Shown here piece after piece: positions 56,871 through 64,000 of a DNA stretch of 64,000 nt (position 1 is the stretch's first letter; every line of letters begins with the position of its first letter). The DNA comes from Ktedonobacteraceae bacterium (GTDB lineage: Bacteria; Chloroflexota; Ktedonobacteria; Ktedonobacterales; Ktedonobacteraceae). Made by a program: the position numbers and the translations under genes. The notes beneath the pieces were generated by a model, which was given only the letters and a program-made list of their open reading frames with translations, made no database searches and was not told where the DNA came from. Location of the stretch: contig DATGKW010000054.1 in NCBI GenBank assembly GCA_035294465.1, forward strand, positions 47,290 to 111,289, in the 5' to 3' direction.

Positions 56871-58160
56871 ATGTTCCCGGCAAACGCCCACGCTTTTCCA
56901 CTTGCACTGCTTTTCCCTGCTCCCTTGCCCGGCTGGACACTCCTGTTTATAGGGGGAATCGGTGCGTTTCTTCTGACCTATGGGCTGACGTTTGGTGTGA
57001 AAGCATTCTGCCAGAAAATGCGCTGGTTAGACTGGCCATCAGAACGGCGCGTACATACGATTCCAGTGCCGCGCCTGGGCGGTATCGCCATCTACCTTGC
57101 GTTCGCCATCATTTCCTTGCTCTTCTATATTCCTGGCTCGCGAAGCGAGATTGCTATCTACTGGCTGTTGCTGGTTGCCGGGCTCTTGATCGTTGCAGCG
57201 CATGCCTACGATGACATTAAGGGGCTTGGTCCCTGGATTAAATTACTCGCCCAAACCCTGGCTGTCCTGCTGATCCTGGGGCCCTGGAATGGACAATTTC
57301 ATGGCATTCTGCTCTTCACTGTGAATAATCCGTTCGGCAGCCATCACGCCAGCCCTACGCTTCCCTGGTACCAGCAACCAACGATCAAGTTGCTGATCGA
57401 TAGCCAGGTCATCAGTTGGGCAGCGCTCCCGGCAATCTTATTGACCTGGTTCTGGACTGTTGGCATGATGAACACGGTGAACTGGATCGATGGAATGGAT
57501 GGGTTGGCTACAGGCGTAGTAGGCATCACCGCGCTCTTTATCACCATTATCAGCCTGATACTCGGCCAGCAGAGCATTGCTATCCTTTCAGCTATCTTCA
57601 CCGGAGCAGTCCTGGGCTTTTTGCCGCATAACTGGCATCCGGCGCGAGTTTTCATGGGAGATTGTGGCGCCATGTTCCTAGGACTGACGCTGGCCGTACT
57701 TTCGATCATGGGTGGCGCGAAGCTGGCTCTGGCCCTGATGGTGCTGGGTGTGCCCATTCTGGATGTAGCGCTGGTGATTATCAACCGCATGCGCCGCCAT
57801 CAATCGCCGTTTCACTACGATAAAACGCACCTGCACCATCGCCTGATGGCTACAGGCTTTAGCGTGCGACAGATCTGCTACCTGCTCTACGGGCTGGCCC
57901 TGGCATTCGGATTGCTCGCAGTCACCGTCTCCGGCCTGCAAACAGGCGTCTCTGCTCACCTCTCCAAGTTGATCGGTATCGCCCTGATAGCGCTCGTCAT
58001 GGCCGCAATCATTATCTGGGCCGACCGCCGCCAGAGAGAACGCGGGGCGCAGATCGATCTGGATGGCCCCGAAGGTACGCCAGAGGATAAGGAACCAGCC
58101 GACCAATCTCCCGCGCTGAGAAAAGAGGATTTGCCACATCCTCCCGGAGTAACGGGCTGA
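56871..58160 (+). CDS. Polyprenyl-phosphate N-acetylhexosamine-1-phosphate transferase (GT4 MraY/WecA/TagO family)
   Basis: Polytopic protein with NWIDGMDGLA and FMGDCGAMFLG motifs. Confidence 0.85.
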   Translation: MFPANAHAFPLALLFPAPLPGWTLLFIGGIGAFLLTYGLTFGVKAFCQKMRWLDWPSERRVHTIPVPRLGGIAIYLAFAIISLLFYIPGSRSEIAIYWLLLVAGLLIVAAHAYDDIKGLGPWIKLLAQTLAVLLILGPWNGQFHGILLFTVNNPFGSHHASPTLPWYQQPTIKLLIDSQVISWAALPAILLTWFWTVGMMNTVNWIDGMDGLATGVVGITALFITIISLILGQQSIAILSAIFTGAVLGFLPHNWHPARVFMGDCGAMFLGLTLAVLSIMGGAKLALALMVLGVPILDVALVIINRMRRHQSPFHYDKTHLHHRLMATGFSVRQICYLLYGLALAFGLLAVTVSGLQTGVSAHLSKLIGIALIALVMAAIIIWADRRQRERGAQIDLDGPEGTPEDKEPADQSPALRKEDLPHPPGVTG

Positions 58161-58247
58161 CACTATGGACAAGAAGTGCGTTCCGCTCACATCGGAGGGA
58201 AAATAAAGCCTGAACTTCTCGATCAAAGTGGCCATACTTCCTCTCGT

Positions 58248-58982
58248 CTATTCGTAGAAGCATGCCTGATTCATAATGTCGAGATATGATTGTAAATCGG
58301 ACGGATTTCCTCCATATGAAAGCAGGCAATAATTGGTAACATATGCGCCATACCCCCGATTTGCCAGGTCTCTTCCATCTATTTGTGCCTCATCAATACT
58401 GGCAAAAGTTGCGAGGTCCATCGTTATTCCCGTTTGCGTATCAGTCCAATAGCCTGCGCCTCCCTCTGGATAATAGGTACAGCATGACCAGCTCGTATCA
58501 ATGCTAAAAACGGAGGGAGCAAGACCTGCCTGATAAAAGTCTCCAATAATCTGCGAAGCGGGATAAGGAGCTTTTCCACCTGTCATTATGGGAGCACTGG
58601 CTGTGGATATCGGTGTTGGCGCAGCTGTAGGGGTCGGTATTGTTGTAGGAATGACAGTGACTGTAGGCACCACTGTGCTTACAGTCGTGGGCGTAGAGAA
58701 AAGGCTTGTAGCATGGGATTGTTGCCAGGGTAAACCGGCTATCCCGAAAAAGATAATCAATCCTACCAGCAATAAGCCAACTATACTAATGATCCACGCT
58801 AGCAAAATGCTTTTCGTCTTCCTGCGTACTTTTGGAGGGGGAGGCGTCAATGAATAAGGAGTATCGGGCGCATAGGGATTAAAATAATATGGCTCAGTGC
58901 TTTCTCCTGGATTGAAATTATAAGCCGGTTCTGTCGATTCTATAGGCTGCCTGGTAGGGTAAATAGTAGGATCGTTATTCAT
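58248..58982 (-). CDS. Hypothetical single-pass membrane protein with Pro/Thr-rich linker and Cys-containing ectodomain
   Basis: Pro/Tyr-rich N-terminus, one TM segment (ILLAWIISIVGLLLVGLIIFFGIAG), a TPT-rich linker and a C-terminal domain of about 110 aa. Confidence 0.6.
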   Translation of the reverse strand: MNNDPTIYPTRQPIESTEPAYNFNPGESTEPYYFNPYAPDTPYSLTPPPPKVRRKTKSILLAWIISIVGLLLVGLIIFFGIAGLPWQQSHATSLFSTPTTVSTVVPTVTVIPTTIPTPTAAPTPISTASAPIMTGGKAPYPASQIIGDFYQAGLAPSVFSIDTSWSCCTYYPEGGAGYWTDTQTGITMDLATFASIDEAQIDGRDLANRGYGAYVTNYCLLSYGGNPSDLQSYLDIMNQACFYE

Positions 58983-59231
58983 GGCTTTAACCCTCTATTT
59001 AATAGTAAGAAATGCAATTATATTATACTTTATCGATTAAAAGTTGTCATGTTAAATAAGTCAAGCAGCGCTGGGAATCCGGACAACGCCATCGCGAATA
59101 TATGGAACATCTGAGAGCGCTTGACCCGGAGCTCCCTATTCCTTCAGACTACCTACAGCTTCTGCCACTTGATGGCCATGTGATTGAAGTTGATACCACA
59201 GATTTTGCAGCGATTGATTACCCGTGCCTTC

Positions 59232-62200
59232 TTACCCGGATCCAACTGGTTCTCGGCGAGTGACACGACTCGCCGCAAACTCAGCCTCTTCGACGAACAT
59301 GCGGCGCAAGAACTGGCCTGTAAACGAGCGCGGCTCCTCGGCTACCTCTTCGGGGGTGCCCTGGGCAATTACTTCACCACCGGCATCGCCCCCTTCAGGT
59401 CCGAGGTCGATGATCCAGTCAGCGCTCTTGATAACTTCCAGGTTGTGCTCGATCACGACAATGCTGTTGCCGGCATCGACCAGGCGCTGCAGAACTTGCA
59501 GCAGGCGATCTACGTCCGCGAAATGCAGGCCTGTGGTTGGTTCATCCAGAATATACATGGTGCGGCCGGTCGCGCGCCTGGCCAGTTCGGTCGCCAGCTT
59601 GACGCGCTGCGCTTCTCCACCGGAGAGCGTGGTGGCAGGTTGGCCCAGGCGCATATAGCCCAGACCTACGTCGTTGAGCGTCTTCATCTTGTTGTAAATC
59701 GAGGGCACATTGGCGAAGAACTCTGTGGCCTCCTCAACCGTCATATCCAGCACATCAGCAATGCTCTTGCCCTTGTAGTGGATCTCCAGAGCCTCGCGAT
59801 TATAGCGCTTGCCGCCGCAGACCTCGCAGGGTACATAGACATCGGGCAAGAAGTTCATCTCGATCCTGACAATGCCCTCGCCCTTACAAGCCTCGCAGCG
59901 ACCACCCTTGACATTAAAGGAGAAACGCCCTGGCAGGTAGCCGCGCATGCGCGCCTCCGGCACCTGAGCGAACAGTTCGCGGATACCCGTAAAGGCATTG
60001 GTGTAGGTGGCGGGATTTGAACGCGGCGTGCGCCCAATCGGCGATTGATCGATATCTATCACTTTATCCAGGTGCTCCAGGCCCTCCACGTCATCATGCG
60101 CCCCCGGTCGCTCGTGGGCGCGGTAGAACGTGTGCGCCAGCTTGCGATAGAGAATATCCGTTACCAGGGTGCTCTTGCCGGAACCGGAGACGCCGGTCAC
60201 GACTACAAACTTGCCCAGCGGGATCTCCACGTCTATATTTTTGAGGTTATTTTCGCGTGCGCCTCTAATACGCACAGACGTACCGTGACCCGCGCGCCGT
60301 TCGGCGGGCAGAGGAATGTGGCGACGGTGCGAGAGATAATCGCCGGTCAGCGAGTTGGTATTGGCAACAATATCGGCATAGGTGCCCTCGGCAACCACGT
60401 GACCGCCATGCTCGCCCGCGCCAGGACCAATATCGATGATATGATCGGCGGCGCGCATGGTATCCTCGTCGTGCTCAACAATTAGCAGGGTATTTCCCAG
60501 GTCGCGCAGATGCTCCAGAGTGCGGATCAGGCGCGCGTTATCGCGCTGATGCAGGCCAATGCTCGGCTCATCTAGGATATAGAGCACGCCCATCAGCCCC
60601 GAACCGATCTGTGTGGCCAGGCGAATGCGCTGCGCCTCGCCGCCTGAGAGACTGGTCGCCGAACGGCTCAACGTCAAGTAATCCAGGCCAACATCCACCA
60701 GGAATTGCAGGCGAGCCCGGATCTCCTTGAGAACCTGGCGAGCAATGAAACGCTCGCGTTCCGTGAGCGTTGTTTCTACCAGCGGCCCGGCGGGATCGAT
60801 TGGCGTCAGGGGATCGGCGGGCAAGCTGCCATTCTTCTTGCCGTTCTCATTGCTATTCGCGTGGATCTTGCTTGATCCCACCTCCACCCGCTCCAGTTCC
60901 TGGAAAAAGCGCTGCGCGCGCACGATGGAGAGTTGCGTCACCTGCACAATATTGCGTCCGCCTACAGTGACGCCCAGAGCTTCGGGCTTCAAACGCGCCC
61001 CACGACAAGCGGGACAGAGGCGCGCGGTCATGTAGCCCTCGATTTCCTCGCGAATGCTCTCACTATCGGTTTGCTTGTAGCGACGCTCCAGGTGAGGAAT
61101 GACACCTTCAAAGGTAATCGTGTACGAACGCATATTGCCGCTCTGGGGCCGGTAGCGGATTGTCACCGGCTCCGGCGCACCATAGAGCATCAGATGGCGC
61201 TGCTCCTCGGTCAAATCGCGCCAGGGCGTATCCAGGCTGAAATGGTATTTCTCTGCTAGAGCCTCGGCGATTGAGGCGTACCACTTGCTGTTGTTCATCT
61301 CCTTGCACCAGGCAGCTATTGCGCCATCGCGAATGCTCAGTTCGGGATGGGTCACGACCAGTTCGGCGTCGATCTCCTGCTGCGTGCCCAGGCCAGTGCA
61401 GGTCGGGCAGGCCCCGTGAGGGCTATTGAAGCTAAAAGTGCGCGGCGCGATCTCCGGCAGGCTGATTCCACAGTAGACACAGGCAAACTTCTCCGAGAAG
61501 AGGATCTCCTCACCATCTACAATCGAGACCAGCACCACGCCGTTGCCCAACCGAAGCGTTGTCTCTAACGAATCGGTTACGCGCTGGCGAAAAGAGGCAT
61601 CGATCTCTTCCTCTTCTTTCACCTCTTCTGGATCTCTCTGCGCATTCACATCATAGAGCGCGGGGCGTTCAGCCACCATCTTGTGCGCGGTTGGCCCACC
61701 GCTCCGCCCATCCAGCCTCCCTCCGGTAGAAAATCGCTGCCCTCGGCGAATCACCAGGCGATCAACAACAACTTCGATAGTATGCTTCTTCTGCTTATCC
61801 AGATCTATCTCGTCGCTCAGATCGTAAATCTGGCCATCGACACGCACGCGCACATAGCCAGAGCGGCGCATCTCCTCGAAAATGTTTTTGTACTCACCCT
61901 TACGCCCCTGCACAAGCGGAGCCAGCAGCATAATCTTCGATCCGCCAGGCAGATTCAAGACCGAGTCTACAATCTGCTGGACCGTCTGCTGGCTGACCTC
62001 GCGGCCACATTTGGGACAATGTGGATGACCTACGCGCGCGTAAAGCAGGCGCAAATAGTCATAAATCTCCGTCACCGTGCCAACGGTCGAACGCGGATTA
62101 TGGGTTGTGCCTTTCTGATCGATAGAAATAGCAGGCGAGAGGCCATCGATATGATCGACATCGGGCTTTTCCATACGATCCAGAAACTGGCGAGCGTAGG

Positions 62201-62381
62201 CCGATAATGACTCCACATAACGCCTCTGGCCCTCGGCGAAAATAGTGTCGAACGCCAGGCTACTTTTGCCCGAACCAGAGAGGCCGGTAATCACGACCAG
62301 CTTATCGCGTGGAATAACCACATCTATATTTTTGAGATTGTGCTCACGCGCACCACGAACAACGATTTTATCCTGAGGCAT
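59232..62381 (-). CDS. uvrA: Excinuclease ABC subunit A
   Basis: ATG 62381 ([21 protein letters not shown]) is preferred over the TTG at 62456. Two ABC modules (GLSGSGKSS and GVSGSGKST), zinc modules, and two lineage-specific inserts. Confidence 0.97.
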   Translation of the reverse strand: MPQDKIVVRGAREHNLKNIDVVIPRDKLVVITGLSGSGKSSLAFDTIFAEGQRRYVESLSAYARQFLDRMEKPDVDHIDGLSPAISIDQKGTTHNPRSTVGTVTEIYDYLRLLYARVGHPHCPKCGREVSQQTVQQIVDSVLNLPGGSKIMLLAPLVQGRKGEYKNIFEEMRRSGYVRVRVDGQIYDLSDEIDLDKQKKHTIEVVVDRLVIRRGQRFSTGGRLDGRSGGPTAHKMVAERPALYDVNAQRDPEEVKEEEEIDASFRQRVTDSLETTLRLGNGVVLVSIVDGEEILFSEKFACVYCGISLPEIAPRTFSFNSPHGACPTCTGLGTQQEIDAELVVTHPELSIRDGAIAAWCKEMNNSKWYASIAEALAEKYHFSLDTPWRDLTEEQRHLMLYGAPEPVTIRYRPQSGNMRSYTITFEGVIPHLERRYKQTDSESIREEIEGYMTARLCPACRGARLKPEALGVTVGGRNIVQVTQLSIVRAQRFFQELERVEVGSSKIHANSNENGKKNGSLPADPLTPIDPAGPLVETTLTERERFIARQVLKEIRARLQFLVDVGLDYLTLSRSATSLSGGEAQRIRLATQIGSGLMGVLYILDEPSIGLHQRDNARLIRTLEHLRDLGNTLLIVEHDEDTMRAADHIIDIGPGAGEHGGHVVAEGTYADIVANTNSLTGDYLSHRRHIPLPAERRAGHGTSVRIRGARENNLKNIDVEIPLGKFVVVTGVSGSGKSTLVTDILYRKLAHTFYRAHERPGAHDDVEGLEHLDKVIDIDQSPIGRTPRSNPATYTNAFTGIRELFAQVPEARMRGYLPGRFSFNVKGGRCEACKGEGIVRIEMNFLPDVYVPCEVCGGKRYNREALEIHYKGKSIADVLDMTVEEATEFFANVPSIYNKMKTLNDVGLGYMRLGQPATTLSGGEAQRVKLATELARRATGRTMYILDEPTTGLHFADVDRLLQVLQRLVDAGNSIVVIEHNLEVIKSADWIIDLGPEGGDAGGEVIAQGTPEEVAEEPRSFTGQFLRRMFVEEAEFAASRVTRREPVGSG

Positions 62382-62633
62382 ACGGCTGAACCACCCATCC
62401 CCACAAGCTGGCAGAGTCGCTTTCTCATCCTGGGTAAAACTCTGTCTGTGGGCCAAAATTTAATACAAATGTTCAATTACACACTATACAATGTTCTACG
62501 CATAGATGCAAGAAGCTGAGGCCGTGAACCAGGACTTTTCGTTTTTCCCTACTATTGTTGACCCCTCTTATACTGAAACAAAGCGTATCTCCCTGCTATT
62601 TCTCGCCAGGAAAAAGGGGAGGAGTGAGGACCA

Positions 62634-63368
62634 ATGGAACCTGAGTCGCAGCATACTAAGAAACACTATAGATTAGCACGAGAAATTACGGAAACCGTCA
62701 TTCTGACGATCTTGATGTTTCTCATTATTCGCTCTGCTGTGCAAAATTTCAATATCGATGGCACAAGTATGGAGCCGAATCTGCACAATACAGAGCTTAT
62801 TCTGGTAGACAAGTGGAGCTACCTGTTTCATCCCCCAAAGCGAGGCGATATCATTGTCTTCAAAGCCCCACCTGATCCTACTGAGGATTATATCAAACGC
62901 GTAATTGGCCTGCCGGGTGACACGATTACGATTAAAGGGACCACTGTGATCGTGGACGGGGTGACACTTCACGAAACCTACGTGGCTGCGCAGAATCAGG
63001 GCGTACCACCTGGTGCGCGCACCATTACAAACTTGCGAGTACCCCCCAACGATTATTTCGTGCTGGGAGACAACCGCGCAATTAGCTCTGATTCGCGTAT
63101 CTGGGGCTTTGTGCCCAGAGCAAATATCATCGGGCGAGCGGCCTTTGTTTACTGGCCACTGGGCCAGAGCAACGATGGCTTTGTGCCCGGCGTAAGCAGC
63201 GTCTTCGCCAAGATCCATCAACATACCAGCCAGAGTAGCAACCCATTTACTTTCATCACCGCGAACATAAACGCCCTCTGGCTGCTGTTGATCCCCGCCC
63301 TCGCGCTGGCCTATCTACGGCGCAAATCGCTGCAACGCTGGTTCATGCGCTCATCTCCATCCCCTTGA
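62634..63368 (+). CDS. lepB: Signal peptidase I
   Basis: GTSMEPNL (Ser box), GDIIVFKAP, YIKRVIGLPGD (Lys box) and VLGDNRAISSDSRIWGFVP. Confidence 0.93.
   Translation: MEPESQHTKKHYRLAREITETVILTILMFLIIRSAVQNFNIDGTSMEPNLHNTELILVDKWSYLFHPPKRGDIIVFKAPPDPTEDYIKRVIGLPGDTITIKGTTVIVDGVTLHETYVAAQNQGVPPGARTITNLRVPPNDYFVLGDNRAISSDSRIWGFVPRANIIGRAAFVYWPLGQSNDGFVPGVSSVFAKIHQHTSQSSNPFTFITANINALWLLLIPALALAYLRRKSLQRWFMRSSPSP
63101..63157. repeat. 57 bp segment of lepB-1 identical to the reverse complement of 63643-63699
   Basis: ctggggctttgtgcccagagcaaatatcatcgggcgagcggcctttgtttactggcc. Confidence 0.93.
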
Positions 63369-63387
63369 AAATGAGACAAAAAGAAGA

Positions 63388-63417
63388 AGCGTGGTGGCTT
63401 ACCGCGCTCCTTTTTTT
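63388..63417 (+). terminator. Intrinsic terminator between the convergent lepB genes
   Basis: agcgtggt pairs with accgcgct (8 bp stem including one G.T pair), followed by cc + T7. An A-rich run upstream could serve the opposite strand. Confidence 0.65.
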
Positions 63418-63431
63418 GTTTCGCCCAGAGA

Positions 63432-64000
63432 TCAGGCTTCTTCTCGCTGCCGCTGGCACTGCCGTCTCTGGAAAAAGACCAGCGAAAGACCAGGGAAGAA
63501 GACCAGCAGAAAGCCATCAGCGTCGGGTACGAAGGGCTGGGGAGGTGCCTGCTTCAGCGATGTTGTAGCAGCAGTCGGCTGATGGACATTAGCGAAAACA
63601 TATGAGTAGTTTTGTAGGAATCCATCGTTGTTCTCACCCAGCGGCCAGTAAACAAAGGCCGCTCGCCCGATGATATTTGCTCTGGGCACAAAGCCCCAGT
63701 CGCGGGAATCCGAACTGACCGCGCGGTTATCTCCCAGTACGAAATAATCGTTGGGTGGCACCCGCAGGTTCGTAATGTTTTTATAAGCGAAAGGATTGCC
63801 TTGATTCTGCGGAGCCACATAGGGCTCATTGAGCGTTACCCCATCGACGATTACAGTGGTATTGCGAATGGTAATGATATCACCAGGAAGGCCAATGACA
63901 CGTTTGACATAGTCCTGCTGAGGATGGGGCGGAGCAATAAAGACAATCACGTCTCCCCGCGCTGGCTGGCGGAACATGTAGGTCCACTTGTCCACCAGAA
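63432..64000 (-). CDS. lepB: Signal peptidase I paralogue, 5' end beyond window end
   Basis: The minus-strand frame is open to 64000 (…LVDKWTYMFRQPARGDVIVFIAPP...YVKRVIGLPGD...VLGDNRAVSSDSRDWGFVP). Confidence 0.9.
   Translation of the reverse strand, partial: LVDKWTYMFRQPARGDVIVFIAPPHPQQDYVKRVIGLPGDIITIRNTTVIVDGVTLNEPYVAPQNQGNPFAYKNITNLRVPPNDYFVLGDNRAVSSDSRDWGFVPRANIIGRAAFVYWPLGENNDGFLQNYSYVFANVHQPTAATTSLKQAPPQPFVPDADGFLLVFFPGLSLVFFQRRQCQRQREEA
63643..63699. repeat. Partner of the 57 bp perfect inverted repeat, inside lepB-2
   Basis: Exact reverse complement of 63101-63157. Confidence 0.93.

Noticed and set aside
59102-59263. A 53 aa ORF (MEHLRALDPELPIPSDYLQLLPLDGHVIEV...) whose LPxDYxxLL..DG pattern resembles the start of SMI1/KNR4 (SUKH) immunity-type proteins.
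   Set aside because: It is too short for the domain, it overlaps the uvrA 3' end, and the resemblance rests on a few residues. At most it is a decayed remnant.

Overview
The window is a 64 kb chromosomal segment from a mid-50s %GC bacterium. Gene content and protein sequences suggest Chloroflexota, perhaps Ktedonobacteria-like, but I cannot verify this without a search. It is almost fully coding, and I found no rRNA, tRNA, CRISPR array or clear transposase.

Gene content in order:
- 1-5579 (-): 5' part of an NRPS (C-A-T-C-A...). It runs off the window start and is therefore missing from the ORF track.
- 6.6-18 kb: a pectin/rhamnogalacturonan-type sugar utilisation locus. It holds a Tat-secreted GH59-like hydrolase, an LplABC-type ABC importer, a PL4 rhamnogalacturonan lyase and a ~1130 aa GH106-like hydrolase. 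Three promoters of identical architecture, each with a TTGAAACGTTTCAA operator, drive it. Two of them form a perfect 47 bp inverted duplication.
- 18.3-23.9 kb: a triple-FHA ABC exporter followed by a class A PBP.
- 24.3-29.6 kb: a stress cluster with a GT55 mannosyl-3-phosphoglycerate synthase-like gene carrying a decapeptide-repeat tail, hspR-groES-groEL and a divergent hsp20.
- 30.6-35.7 kb: a liv-type ABC operon.
- After 35.8 kb: housekeeping and hypothetical genes (OCD, BNR propeller, MsrQ-like protein, TPR protein, nrdR, hpf, murT-gatD, topA, icd, GT4 transferase, uvrA).
- Window end: two convergent lepB paralogues that share a 57 bp perfect inverted identity.

No single obvious novel system stands out. 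The best leads are the duplicated promoter-operator cassette and its regulon, the FHA3-ABC/PBP pair, the HspR-type half-site palindrome upstream of mpgS, the murT-gatD-ClpX-zinc-finger operon and the lepB inverted duplication.

Several ORF-track starts appear too long. They were re-set here using Shine-Dalgarno, promoter and homology logic.
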